A DNA stretch of 62,889 nt, counting the filler, from Octopus bimaculoides (lineage: Eukaryota): NCBI RefSeq assembly GCF_001194135.2. It is 8 parts of 7 records of this genome, joined end to end, with 100 filler letters (N's around TTAATTAATTAA, not from the genome) between each part and the next. Parts side by side here need not be neighbours in the genome. Positions count along the whole stretch, not along the records: positions 35,923 to 48,810 come from NC_068996.1; positions 48,911 to 49,942 come from NC_068983.1; positions 50,043 to 55,277 come from NC_068990.1; 5 more parts are not named here. One strand, given 5' to 3'. The notes beneath the pieces were generated by a model that was not told the DNA's origin, ran no database searches, and worked only from the letters and a program-made list of their open reading frames with translations. This document shows, one piece after another, positions 38,121-52,003 of the stretch; position 1 is the stretch's first letter, and each line of letters begins with the position of its first letter. Both the position numbers and the translations under genes were made by a program.

Positions 38121-38817
38121 TAATTCGTAACAAGTTCCTGCGCGAACTATCATATCTCTATGAAATCCAAAAGTATTATATTCGCTTCCAAGATGACATT
38201 ACATTGTACCACAAATATTTACGCCTTCGAAATACGACATTGATACACACGAAATAAAGATGAACGTGTACGCCTGTAAAAATTAGCATTAAAATCTCCC
38301 CTGCAATTATGTCCAACTATCTTCAAAGAAACGAAAGAAAACATTGCAAATTGTAGCTCTAGTTAAACTAAGCCAGCAATGATAAGAAAGATAGTGACGA
38401 TGGGCTTAGAGATGTATAACTATTATACAGCAAGAAAATTAGTCCTCATTTCAAACACCAAAAGGCATTATGTTTAGACTTGTCAGAACAAACACGGAAA
38501 AAATGCTAATCTCAGTTTTTCAGAAAACTTCATATCATTGCTAAGGAATCGACAATGTCCTCAGGGTAAACTGGCTTCTCTGTGGAAACTTCGAGATTGT
38601 TGGTGGCTGCTTTCACACCATGTTTTTGTAGTTTTATAGTTGCGTTGCTCTGATTTCTTTCCTAATTAAGATATTTTTGTTTCATTTCCACCCCACCCTC
38701 CACTATTCTTTTGCCCTGGATTTCCATTTTACTTTTTCAACAATTTTAAGTGGAATTTTATTCGGATGTTACACACACACACTCACATACAGCTTATACA
38801 CATATACATATACCAAT

Positions 38818-38857
<40 letters not shown>

Positions 38858-39874
38858 NNNNNNNNNNNNNNNNNNNNNNNNNNNNNNNNNNNNNNNNNNN
38901 NNNNNNNNNNNNNNNNNNNNNNNNNNNNNNNNNNNNNNNNNNNNNNNNNNNNNNNNNNNNNNNNNNNNNNNNNNNNNNNNNNNNNNNNNNNNNNNNNNNN
39001 NNNNNNNNNNNNNNNNNNNNNNNNNNNNNNNNNNNNNNNNNNNNNNNNNNNNNNNNNNNNNNNNNNNNNNNNNNNNNNNNNNNNNNNNNNNNNNNNNNNN
39101 NNNNNNNNNNNNNNNNNNNNNNNNNNNNNNNNNNNNNNNNNNNNNNNNNNNNNNNNNNNNNNNNNNNNNNNNNNNNNNNNNNNNNNNNNNNNNNNNNNNN
39201 NNNNNNNNNNNNNNNNNNNNTATATATATATATGTATGTATGTATGTATGTATACCAACATATGTGTAGGGTTTCTCTCTCTTTCTGTGTAGATGTGTGT
39301 TGAATGCGTGTATGTGGGGCGGGGGGGAGAGACTGTGTATGTGTGATCGTGTGTGTGTGTGTGTGGGGGGGGGTGTTCTGGATGAGACCACCCACGTTTG
39401 CATTCCAACTCCATCATTAGACCACATCCTGAAGGTTTAGATTTATCTTCCAACTCTTGTCTTCATACAGCGTCAGTAATATAGACATAGCCATCGCTAG
39501 TAATACGTAGTCGACCATCTTCACCGCCACCATCACCGCCACTATCACCACTACAAACAACAACAAAATCAAGAACAGCAACGAAAGCATTGATACTCAA
39601 TTGTTAGCACTACTACCACACACTCACCATCATTACAATCTGCTATCTAAATAAACACCTCACCCACGAACAACATAGCTTACAAAACACTGGATAACTA
39701 CCACGAGCTGTGATAAAAAAGATGATGACATTAAGACAATGACATTAAGACAATGACATTGCAGCTTTTAACTTCATAAACGATACCTTAAAATTTAAAA
39801 GATAAACTTATCTGGGATGTTGTCTTCTCTTATATATAAAATGACTTCAGTGTTACAACAGCAACTGTGTTGGC

Positions 39875-39915
<41 letters not shown>

Positions 39916-40941
39916 NNNNNNNNNNNNNNNNNNNNNNNNNNNNNNNNNNNNNNNNNNNNNNNNNNNNNNNNNNNNNNNNNNNNNNNNNNNNNNNNNNNNN
40001 NNNNNNNNNNNNNNNNNNNNNNNNNNNNNNNNNNNNNNNNNNNNNNNNNNNNNNNNNNNNNNNNNNNNNNNNNNNNNNNNNNNNNNNNNNNNNNNNNNNN
40101 NNNNNNNNNNNNNNNNNNNNNNNNNNNNNNNNNNNNNNNNNNNNNNNNNNNNNNNNNNNNNNNNNNNNNNNNNNNNNNNNNNNNNNNNNNNNNNNNNNNN
40201 NNNNNNNNNNNNNNNNNNNNNNNNNNNNNNNNNNNNNNNNNNNNNNNNNNNNNNNNNNNNNNNNNNNNNNNNNNNNNNNNNNNNNNNNNNNNNNNNNNNN
40301 NNNNNNNNNNNNNNNNNNNNNNNNNNNNNNNNNNNNNNNNNNNNNNNNNNNNNNNNNNNNNNNNNNNNNNNNNNNNNNNNNNNNNNNNNNNNNNNNNNNN
40401 NNNNNNNNNNNNNNNNNNNNNNNNNNNNNNNNNNNNNNNNNNNNNNNNNNNNNNNNNNNNNNNNNNNNNNNNNNNNNNNNNNNNNNNNNNNNNNNNNNNN
40501 NNNNNNNNNNNNNNNNNNNNNNNNNNNNNNNNNNNNNNNNNNNNNNNNNNNNNNNNNNNNNNNNNNNNNNNNNNNNNNNNNNNNNNNNNNNNNNNNNNNN
40601 NNNNNNNNNNNNNNNNNNNNNNNNNNNNNNNNNNNNNNNNNNNNNNNNNNNNNNNNNNNNNNNNNNNNNNNNNNNNNNNNNNNNNNNNNNNNNNNNNNNN
40701 NNNNNNNNNNNNNNNNNNNNNNNNNNNNNNNNNNNNNNNNNNNNNNNNNNNNNNNNNNNNNNNNNNNNNNNNNNNNNNNNNNNNNNNNNNNNNNNNNNNN
40801 NNNNNNNNNNNNNNNNNNNNNNNNNNNNNNNNNNNNNNNNNNNNNNNNNNNNNNNNNNNNNNNNNNNNNNNNNNNNNNNNNNNNNNNNNNNNNNNNNNNN
40901 NTGAATTTTTTTTAGAGACACTTTCAAATTTATCAGAATAT

Positions 40942-41004
40942 TTGGGCTGAAGATTGGAATAGTGAAATTTCCATTCACTTAACCATGAAACGATTCGTAT
41001 CCAA
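40942..41004 (+). ncRNA. Minimal type-I hammerhead ribozyme
   Basis: Stem I TTGGG/TCCAA; CTGAAGA; stem II TGG..AGTGAA / TTCACT..CCA (base pair mismatched); GAAA; AC-GATTC-GT; GUA after 40999. Confidence 0.72.
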
Positions 41005-41188
41005 TTAACTAAAGGCTTGGTTTGTTTACGCTTTTCCCTCCTGTTTTTTGTTCTATGTGTGCCATAAATATCGCCATCCGCTTTAGAGAAAAATTTGTAG
41101 TTTGGAATCAGTAGTTCTTTGACTGCTATTTCTAAATTTTCAGTATGTTGGAGAAGCAACTCAATTGCTAATCCCTGTATATTTATGA

Positions 41189-41219
<31 letters not shown>

Positions 41220-41807
41220 CTATATCAGATCTGAAACCAAACTAGGCAACAACAACCGCACTGTGACTACCGCTCCATATTGATGATATTTTAAATTGCT
41301 TATCGTGGACTCTTCCTAGCTAAGAATTCTTCTTTAACTTGATATCGATATAGTAAGTTAATATTGATGAAATAATCAGAAACGGGAGATGCATAGCTCT
41401 GTTGTTCAATGAGCTTGAAAGACTGTACTTCAACAGTGATACGGCAAATGCCTAAAGGTTATAGCATTACTCTTTCCTTGAAAAATTTTCAATGCCTTTC
41501 ATTGTCATAAGAGATGAATAAGTCTTTTATCATAGTCTCAAATCAACCCAAGATCTTATGCGTAACTTTAAAAAGACGGAAACTTTGTAGAACTCCGTCG
41601 GATGGGTTGTACTTCTAATCCAAAGGTCTGGCGTTATTGAGAAATAAGGGTACACTTGTATGTGGAATGCTTTAGTCGCTCACACCTTAAATCAATGAAC
41701 AAGTACTAAAGCTGACCGATCAATTGCGAGGTCGTCCTCGACCCGAGAGTGATCCAATTACTTAAAGACGCGCGCACGTATACATATGTAGGTATATGTA
41801 TCCACAA

Positions 41808-41843
<36 letters not shown>

Positions 41844-42558
41844 ACATACACACACACACACAAAACGTATGTACGTATACATATCACATACATATATATA
41901 TATATATATACTATGTATGTATATATATATATATATATATATACTTATATATTATTAATATATATATTTATTTATATCTATATCTATATGCATATATATA
42001 TATATANNNNNNNNNNNNNNNNNNNNNNNNNNNNNNNNNNNNNNNNNNNNNNNNNNNNNNNNNNNNNNNNNNNNNNNNNNNNNNNNNNNNNNNNNNNNNN
42101 NNNNNNNNNNNNNNNNNNNNNNNNNNNNNNNNNNNNNNNNNNNNNNNNNNNNNNNNNNNNNNNNNNNNNNNNNNNNNNNNNNNNNNNNNNNNNNNNNNNN
42201 NNNNNNNNNNNNNNNNNNNNNTATATAAACAAATAGTAAATGAGTATATGCATATATACGTACAGGTATGTGCATACCGACATCCACCTGTATGTATAGG
42301 TGCATATCTGGGTACAGGACATTGCAAACAAAACGTAGACGTGAAAACACACAAGCCACATAGAGAACATTCTACTTCATCAGCTACCCACGTTTTAACA
42401 CCGGCGTTTCGAAGAGCTGGGCAGGACGCATCGTTAAAACATATATATACACACACACATATATATATACACACATAAATATGGATACACACATGCATTC
42501 ATATATTTACACGTACATACATAAAGGCAGGTAGACAAACAAACAGCTTGACAGACGT

Positions 42559-42608
<50 letters not shown>

Positions 42609-43039
42609 TTTTGTACTAAATTATAAGGATTACCAGTTTCATAAATGAGCTAATGAAATTATAATTCTCATTTAACGATAATTTACTATCTCTTTCTATT
42701 TCACTCTCACTCTCTCTGTCTTCCTTTCGTACTTTCCACCACTGCCACCAAAACCACCATCACCATCACCACCACCACCACCACAACCACCACTACCACC
42801 AAAACCACCACCACCACCATCATTACTATGAATTTAATTTTCTTTACGATTGCAGAAATTTATATAATGTGAATGTCAATGTAATGCCTTAAATTTATGT
42901 GTGTGTTTGTGTGCGTATGTGTGTGTTAGTATATGTGTACGTACGTATGTATGCATGTAGGTATGTATGTATATATGTATGTATGCACGCATGTAGGTAG
43001 GTGCGTTACATACGTATCGTAAGAAGCTACACGTTGGCG

Positions 43040-43206
43040 AACGTGAAATAGAGTCAACGGAAAACCAAAACGGAAATAAAACGCACATCTCGCACAAATT
43101 TTGAAGGTGTTCTAATTAGCGGAGAAATAACAAAAGGCAAATATATGAAATAAAACGAACACAGAGTACGAATACAACCGAAGAAATCGAAGCGAAAATC
43201 TATCTA
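43040..43206 (+). repeat. Dispersed repeat with an inverted partner at 47572-47721
   Basis: AACGTGAAATA..AAACGGAAATAAAA..TCTCGCACAA..TTGAAGGTGTTCTAA..AAAATCTATCTA matches the reverse complement of 47572-47721. Confidence 0.75.
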
Positions 43207-44279
43207 CAAGAACACATTTACACACACGCACACACGCTCGCTCTCTCTCACACACACGCACACACACACACACACACACACACCCACACACACACACACA
43301 CACACAAACACACATACATACACACACACATGAGCGTGAGTATGTGTGTGTGTGTATGTTAAGAGAAATAAATGTTATATAATAACTGTATATATATATA
43401 TATATATATACACATACGAAGTAGCATGAGCGCGTTGCGTGTATATATGAAGTGTATAGCGGAAGTGAATGCATTTCAATTGAAATGGAGAGCGAACCTT
43501 TATTGTATCGCATCAAGCTAGCGTATGAAATTTTGCATGTTTAAAGAAATGAGATATTTTCGCTATTGTGTGATAACTGATATCAAAATATACTCGAGAG
43601 ATAAAGGCCTAGCTATTTGAGTACAATTAGAGTCACGTGTAGAAAGAACTGAAGGTCTCAAACACAAGCATTTTCTGTAATGTATGTGTGTGTATGTGTG
43701 TCAGAGAAAGAGAGACAGAGAGAGAGAGAGAAAAGAGAGAGAGTATGTTCATGGTTATGTATGTATGTACCAAAAAATCTGACTGGTGCTGAAAAGAGAT
43801 TCATTAATCGTTACTCCGAGGTTTCTGGTTGGCATTTTTCGGACGTGAGAAAGAAATGATTCTCGAAGTTACGGTTTGTGAAAATGTTCAGGTTCGCTAA
43901 GATTTCTAAGCTCACTCTAATTACTTTTATTATTAAGAACACTTTCCGCCATCTTCTTTTGGGTTATTGTTGTTTTATATACAGGTACATATCTATGTGT
44001 GTGTATGCGTTTGTGTGTTCGTGTGTGTGTGCATGCGTTTGTGTGTTCGTGTGTGTGTGTGTATGCGTGTAAGTGGGTGTCCGCACGAGCGTGTGTGTAT
44101 TCATGTAATGTGTTGAACTACCTCAGGCAATATGGTTTGGATATATGTAGTAAGATAACAAGGAATGCTGTTACAACTAGAGGTTAGAAAAGATCCCCCA
44201 CCGCACCCACCCCCAAAATTGAACAAAAATGGCAGTAAAGCTCAAGAAGATATAAGGAGGTTTAGTTTTGCAATAATAA

Positions 44280-44382
<103 letters not shown>

Positions 44383-44739
44383 GGCAGACAGACAGACAGA
44401 CAGACAGATAGAGAGCTCTCTATCTGTATGTATCTACATATCTATATAGACAGATATGTAGATACATGGATGGATGGATGGATGGATGGACGATGGATTG
44501 ACGGATGGATGTATGCATTGATAAACAGACAGGCAAACAAATAGATAGATAGATGGATATATAGATAGACAGACAGGCAAACAAATAGATAGATTGATAG
44601 ATAGATAGATAGATAGATAAATAGATAGATGGATAGATAGACAGTTCTAAGTCTCTCCATATATACATATATGTGCGTGTGTGTGAGTTTGTGTATCTGT
44701 GTGGGTGGGTGTGGGTGCGGCTGTGTGTATGTGTGTGTA

Positions 44740-44784
<45 letters not shown>

Positions 44785-45220
44785 GTGTACATACACATAC
44801 AAATATGCTTACGTATGTTGCACATACGGCCAGCTCACTTTTAAAGGAAAAAAATTATTGTTGTTAATTTCAATCTATTGTATAAAGCAGTTATATCTAG
44901 GTAGCGGGTGCTCAGATTCGGAGCATAGGAGTCTTGATTAACACCCGTTCTGATTAGTGAAATCAATGCGTCTTCCTTACACTAGGGACTCTTAGAGGAC
45001 TATATATATATATATACATTTTGATGAGTTTTAGCAACACATTTCCGTGCACAAACATTGCTAACGCCTCATACTCTGCTTTGTTGTAAATAAGATTGTT
45101 TTAATGTATATTGACACTTTTACTATGAATAGTTTTCAACAAAATCTGTCCTTGCTTGGCCTGCAAGATACACCTTACACTTCAATCGAACCCGTAAAAG
45201 CATATATATTAAGCCATATA

Positions 45221-47553
45221 CAGTAGAACTTTGCAATACGAATGCACCTTTGTATGAGCAATTTGCTGTACGAGCCGAGACGTGTGCGAATTTTTGTCTT
45301 GAAGTACGAGCGAAATTTGCAATACGAGCGAGTTTCACACAAGCAGCCGCTAGTCGGCAAACACTCTCTCCCAACAAGCGCCCCCTCCGCTCGCTCATTT
45401 CACGTGTTTATCTCGTTGCAGCAGCATCTCTATTGTGTTTTTCCCAATGATTTTAGTTTTGTATATTTTTGCTGTCATTTTATAATAATTAGTTGTGTTA
45501 GCCATGAGTTCTAAGAAGGTCAGTGCAATGGACAGTGCCCAGAAGCAGGAAAAGCTGATTACGATAGAATTGAAGAAGGAAATGATAGATAAACATGAGA
45601 GAGGAGTGCGTGTAGTGGACATAGCATGTCAATACGATCGAAGCACACAGACGATCTGCACCACCCTGAAGAAAAAGGACGAGATCAAAGCCGTTAAAAC
45701 AGCAAACGGTGTCTCCAGGCTCTCCAAGCAGCGCACATCTGTCCGCGAGGAGATGGAAAAATTGCTTCTCATGTGGATCAACGAGAAAGCACGAGCACTG
45801 TATGGGGACCTCCTGAAGCAGGATCCTGGAACATAGGCGGAGGAGACAGCAGCAGACGCATTTAAGACCAGTCACGGCTGGTTCGATAATTTCAAGAAGA
45901 GGACTGGTGTTCATTGCGTCATCAGGTATGAAGCAGCGAGTTCTGACACTAAGGCAGCTGAAGATTTCGTGCTTGAATTCCGTCAGCTCATCGCAGCCGA
46001 GGGGTACATCGCACAACAGGTATTCAACTGTGATGAAACTAGCCTGTTTTGGAAAAAAAAATGTCCAGAAAAACCTACATAACTGCAGAGGAGAAGAAAA
46101 TGCTAGGTGATAAGCCTACGAAAGATCGGCTAACTCTCGCCCTTTGTGTCAATGCGAGTCGAGATTAAGCCGTTCCTTGTCTACCATTCCGAAAACCCAC
46201 GAGCGTTCAAGTCACACAAAATCATAAAGAAGAAGCTGCAGGTCATGTGGAGGCCAAACGCTAAAACTTGGGTCATCGGGAAATTCTTCTTCAGGTGGGT
46301 CAACCTTGTCATCGGAACAGCAGTGAAAAAGTACCTTCTGTCGAACAATATTCCTCTCAAGGCCCTCCTCATCCTCAACAAATCTCCTGCTCACCCTCCT
46401 AATCTCGAAGATGATATCCTGGACGAATATAAATTTATAAAAGTTCTGTACCTTTCAGGCAACACCATCCTTATCTTGCAGCCCAACAGGTGATTTCTAA
46501 TTTTAAGAAATTGTGTATCAAACACTTGTTACATTGTTGCTTTGAAATCACTGAAAATATAAATCTAACCCTTCATGAGTTTTGAAGGAGCGCTACAACA
46601 TTGTAAACTGCCTGAAAATCATCGATATCGCCTGGCATGGTGTAACGAAGAGAATGCTGAATTCTCCATGGATGAAACTGTGGCCTGACTGTATGCGAAA
46701 GAGTCTTCCTTGAGTTTGAATCTGAGACACCTGTAGTCAAGGAAATAGTGTCTCGTAGCAATTCTATAGAACTCGAGGTTGATGATGGGGACACTAGCGA
46801 TCTCGTCGCGGAACACTCAGAGGAACTGATGACTGATGAACTCCTGCAGCTTCAGGAGCAGCAGCATTCGGATGCGGTAGAAGAAATTGATTCCCTGAAG
46901 GAGGACAGTGTAGCGGAGAATGCTATCTCTACGAGTGGCATAAAGGCAATGTAGGCAAAGTGGCAGTATCTCTTTGAATTTGTAGAACAATATCATCCCG
47001 AAAAAGTAGTTACAAGTTGTGCAGCTGTTTTATCTAATGACACTTCCCTGGAGCATTTTCGTAACATTTTGAAAGACAGGAAAAAGCAGATTTCTCTTGA
47101 TATGCTTCTAATGAAACGAACTACAAGTGTGAAAAGTGAAGAAAGTGTGTCTCAAAAGGCTAAATTAAGCGAAGTGAGAGAGAAAACGCCAATAATTGCT
47201 CTTCATGAAGTCTTAATGGAAGGAGAACCACCTTCAGAACAGTAATCTACCTCATCCCCGCTCTATCGTCTTCCTCGCGCACAAATCGTCCCATTTTTAA
47301 GGTAATTCAGTTAATAAAACCACTTAGCATATTTCTTTTGAATTCCCTTTTTTATAATTCTCATTTTACTTGTAACTACACCTTTTATGTTTTAAAACCC
47401 GTAAAAAATTATTTTTGAGTGGTTTTGTTGGGCTGGAACGGATTAATTATGTTTTAGTTAATTTCAATGGGGAAAATTGAATTGTAAAACGAGTAAATTG
47501 TAAAACGAGCACGGTCATAGAACGAATTAAATTTGTACTGCGAGGAATCACTA
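45221..47553 (+). mobile_element. Full-length decayed Tigger/pogo DNA transposon (TIGD1-like DDE transposase pseudogene)
   Basis: MSSKKVS..ITIELKKEMIDKHERGVRV (HTH); FKTSHGWFDNFKKRTG (CENP-B HTH); QVFNCDETSLFWKK; KDRLTLALCVNAS; ALLILNKSPAHP. Degenerate 23-bp TIRs with TA flanks; stops and frameshifts. Confidence 0.93.
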
Positions 47554-48363
47554 TATATCAATTTTTTCATATAGATAGATTTTCATTTCGACTTGTTCGC
47601 TTATATTCGTACTCTGTTTTCGTTCTATTCTTTATATTTGCCTTTTAGAACACCTTCAAAACTTGTGCGAGATGTACGTTTTTATTTCCGTTTTGGTCTT
47701 CCGTTTGATGTATTTCACGTTAAACAACGTATAGCTTTACTTTAACGGGTTAGATTGAACGTGTAGTTTTACACCCCTTGTGTAGCGGATCGGTGCTGGT
47801 ATGTAGAATGTAGGCGATGAAGACCACGTAAAATCAGATAAATACAAAAAAGTAAATTAACACGAAAACGAGGATATGCTATAAGACAATATTGGTCTTT
47901 TATAACAACAGTTAACACCTAAACTGCTAACTTGGTCGCTGTCCTGGGCTGTGAAGAGTAGAAAAGAAAACAGTTTTATCATATGACTTGTGATATGTAT
48001 AATCAGTTTTCCAGATGTTGTGTCGTCATTGTAACATGCATACGTTTAATTTAGTCCAGAGAGTAATTATACAAGAGTATGTTCACAAATTGATTCGATA
48101 TTTGCGCGATATTTCAGCATGGAAGAGATGCCACTGTAAATCTGAAGATCACAGGTGCACGTTTATTAGGAAACTAAAACCAAGTTTGAAACTAATTGAG
48201 GTATAATCTTCAGACTCATTGAACAACAGAGATATGTGTCCAACATTTCTGACTATTCCATCGATATTAATTTATCGTATCGGTATTAACTGAAAGACAA
48301 GCTCTTAGTGCGGAAGCGTTCACGTTATACAATGTAAAAGTAAGCAACAAGTTTCAGATTTGG

Positions 48364-48810
48364 TCACTTACTAGTATACTTATTTATCCATTCTGCTCGC
48401 ACTCGATTGTTGGCATATAGCTTGGTTTCGTATATACTTACAAAAATGCACACATACATACATACTGTGTGGGTGTTTTTGAAAAAACACCCACACAGAT
48501 TGCACCTCTGATTTGCACTACCAATACCTGCAAGTAAGTTCTGCTCATTGTGGATCCTAACATGTCTTTTAAGACCCCCATTGGATTTGCAAACCCTCTG
48601 GCACACACCACATTCAAACGTGTGCACAGACATATAATCAGAATAGCTGGATGAGGTTTGTTTTCCATGGGTTCGCAGGTGAGATTTGAGGCCAGCCAAG
48701 GACAGACATGGTCTGTCACAGACTGTGCACACAAAAAGGTCCTTGTCATTCACCTTCTCAGTCTTCACCTTTTTCCTTAAATGTCTCTTGAGCACTGCTT
48801 GCATCATCCT
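48364..48810 (-). mobile_element. C-terminus of an RTE-like LINE ORF2 with tandem C2H2 zinc fingers (alternatively a ZNF gene exon)
   Basis: AVLKRHLRK..CTVCDRPCLSLAGLKSHLRTH..CGVCQRVCKSNGGLKRHVRIH..CNLC (third finger broken). No TGEKP linkers; the GLxSH pattern resembles RTE tails. Confidence 0.65.
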
Positions 48811-49769
48811 NNNNNNNNNNNNNNNNNNNNNNNNNNNNNNNNNNNNNNNNNNNNTTAATTAATTAANNNNNNNNNNNNNNNNNNNNNNNNNNNNNNNNNN
48901 NNNNNNNNNNGAGGGGGTACAGAAAAATTCTTGGTTTTAGGTCAAAGAAAATTTAGGAGGATCAGTTAATTATGATTTTATTCATTATATTCCTCTCTCA
49001 GATCACACACTTATTGCAGTGATGCTCCAGTCTTTCTAAGCCCTGTAAAAGAACTCGGAAGGTTGGACTCTAACCAAGCCTTTAGCGGTGCCCTTAAAAC
49101 CAGGAGCTTTTCAGCAACCCTTCGTATGTAACAATTAAAATGACGGGAAGAAAGGTATTTTAAGCTGAAATGGCCCTTCCTTTTCATAGTTGCAATTTAA
49201 GATACAACTTCTTCGAGTTGTTGTTATACACAAATTATTTGCTGTTCTTTTATCTATTCTGTAGGTAGTTAATTTCATCTTTTCTTGACTACTAGAAGAC
49301 TGGTGGAAAAAGAAGAGAGAGAAAGAGTAAGAGAGTCTAGACAGGTAGAGAGGGTAAGAACTGTATTGTCCGTTGCATAAAATGCTTCCTCTGTCTGTGC
49401 CGATAAAAGCAAGAACTGAATTTGGTTTTTGTGTGTATATCTGTTGGAAAGTTGGATGTATATCAGAGAACAATGGAACGTAATGAGTGTATCACACTCA
49501 AACTGTATTCAACCCAAAAATGTTAGCTTAAGCAATAGATTCTAACTCATAAAGTTCTAAGTGCAAAAGCCGAGAACAATAGGAAAGGAACTGGAAGAAA
49601 AATGTAGATTAGGTTCCGAATCTTAGTTTGGCATCTAGATTGTGTGTGTGTGTGTGTGTTTATATGTATGTGACGGTCTTCCATACAGTTTCTGTCTCCA
49701 TCCACTCACAAGGCGTTTAGTCCGGTGTTCTTTAGTTTTTCCTGCTAAACAGTCTCTGGAAAATAATCT

Positions 49770-49942
49770 TTTCTTCTCTAAGAACAAGGCCCGAAATTTT
49801 GGAGAAGGGGGCTAGTCGATTAGATCGACCCCAGTATGCAACTGGTACTTAATTCCTCGATCCCGAAGGATGAAAGGCAAAGTCGACTTCGGCGGAATTT
49901 CAATTCAGAACGTAAAGACAGACGAAATGCCGCTAAGTATTT
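49770..49942 (-). mobile_element. SINE family B copy
   Basis: Reverse complement of the family B core. Confidence 0.85.
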
Positions 49943-50042
49943 NNNNNNNNNNNNNNNNNNNNNNNNNNNNNNNNNNNNNNNNNNNNTTAATTAATTAANN
50001 NNNNNNNNNNNNNNNNNNNNNNNNNNNNNNNNNNNNNNNNNN

Positions 50043-50077
<35 letters not shown>

Positions 50078-50112
50078 TAAATACACACATAAACACACAC
50101 ACACACAACCAC

Positions 50113-50178
<66 letters not shown>

Positions 50179-50629
50179 ACGTAAATATTCGACGTACATG
50201 TTTTACTTGACTAACTCTCAAATAAATGAGTGTAGATCGATGAAATAAGTTGCATATTGTAAGGAATGCCTGAAATCAAGCACAGGTAAAATGGAGCACA
50301 AAAGTATAACGTAAATAAGCGTGTGTTTGTGTGTATGTAACGCGTATCTATGTATGCACGTAGGTATCATCACAAACACAGACACATCCGTACACACATA
50401 CACAGACATGAACACACACAGACACACTAACACACACACACACACACACACACACGAACACATACACACCCATATCGTAGAGTCGTGGAAATTAAGATCA
50501 ATAAAGTATAAATACTTAGTTACTGCAGATGTTTCACCATTGCAATTATTTTAAGTTCCCACTGCATTTGGATCCCTAGGTGCAATGGGTCGTCAGACCA
50601 ACACCTTACTGCATTCAGTTACAGAAATC

Positions 50630-50679
<50 letters not shown>

Positions 50680-50828
50680 TTATTTATGTGTTTCAGCCAA
50701 GTGGCTGCGGTCATGCTGGTGCACCACCGTGAGAATATATATAACATTAGGGAATAAATTATTATTCTAGCCTTACAGATAAAATTCAGTAATATAAGAC
50801 CGAATTCCGTAATATATAATATATGTAC

Positions 50829-51411
50829 ATAACTAATTTAGAGACGAACCACCATTCCACGACTCAGTTAATGAAGAACCCGTCCAAAACCATATTGTGA
50901 GACATATGCCATACCAAATACTAATCTAAAATTTTAATAACATATAATATTGAACAATAAGATTATTACATTCATTTAATATATAGGAGCAAATACTTTT
51001 AAAATCACGGCGAAGACCAAACAAAGAAACATTCATCATAAAGATATTAATCTAAAAGTCAAATAAAGTATAAATTGAACAGTAAAAATTAATGCAATAA
51101 TATAATGTATAAAAGTAAGTACCTGTACATCGACTACGCGCGTTTCATGGCTGAATTAGGACTATATAAATTCATATTTGATTTTTAGATTAATATTTTT
51201 ATGTTGAATGTTTCTTTGCATGGCATTCGGTGTGATTTTTAAAGTATTTGCTCCTACATATTATATGACTGTAATAATCTTACTGTTCAATATTATATAT
51301 TATTAAAGTTTTAGATAAGTATTTTGTATGGTATATGTCTCACAGCATGGTTTAGGACGAGTTCTTCATTGACTGAGTTGTGGAGTGGTGGTTCCTCTCT
51401 AGATTAGTTAT
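50829..51411. repeat. Foldback with 237-bp diverged arms (50829-51065 / 51175-51411) and a truncated hammerhead 3' half in the spacer
   Basis: Arms align as reverse complements. Minus spacer reads TGAAT..ATTCAGCCAT-GAAAC-GCGC-GTA-GTCG. Confidence 0.8.
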
Positions 51412-51424
51412 ATTTATAACTAAT

Positions 51425-51921
51425 GGTGATGGGACTTGAGACAACCCAGCGAAACTACACAAGAAGATTGATTCGGTGAAACACATGAGCTACCGGCGGA
51501 GGCTAAACATTCTGAAGCAATAATGCTTGGAAAGAAGGTGAGAAAGACATGCAATGATATAAACATAGAAGATCCTGGAATTTAAATTTTCCAAATTTGG
51601 AATTAAAAGGTATAGCACCCAACGAACTAGACGGCACTCCATACTACTTCTCCACATCGACTCATAACCCAGGATTACATCTGTTTGACATTCTGCGAAG
51701 CAATCTCAGAAATTTGCGAGGTGTAGATGTGGAGACCTTCCAAAAGCTCGTCGACAAATTCCAGAAATCCCAGATGAACCCACTTTGCCAGAAGGGGCAC
51801 AAACAAGAACTGCCCTGTTCAACTCGCTTCGTCATCAAAAACTGTATAGTAAAGAGACCCAAACAAATTGAAAGGCAGTGATCCAGCATGGCCTCAATCT
51901 TTGACTGCAACCAGAATAAAA
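51425..51921 (+). mobile_element. CR1-group LINE 3' fragment with 3' UTR
   Basis: LETTQRNYTRRIDSVKHMSYRRRLNIL..GLHLFDILRSNLRNLRGVDVETFQKLVDKF..IPDEPTLP..NSLRHQ, with frameshifts. Confidence 0.8.
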
Positions 51922-51939
51922 GAGTGTGTGCGTATGCGC

Positions 51940-52003
<64 letters not shown>

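Noticed and set aside
42375-42415. Minus-strand GAAAC..CTGATGA, possible type-II hammerhead
   Set aside because: No stem I hairpin and no convincing cleavage triplet.
6736-42498. Long ORFs in the track made of X runs, YI/HT/CV dipeptides or homopolymers
   Set aside because: Products of N gaps and microsatellites.
45495-46954. Domesticated TIGD/CENP-B-like host gene
   Set aside because: Stops, frameshifts, an HTH deletion and retained TIRs indicate a dead transposon.
49291-49348. Purine-rich plus-strand segment with good acceptor and GTAAGA donor (RLVEKEERERVRESRQVER)
   Set aside because: Isolated, low complexity, no partner exons; needs RNA-seq.
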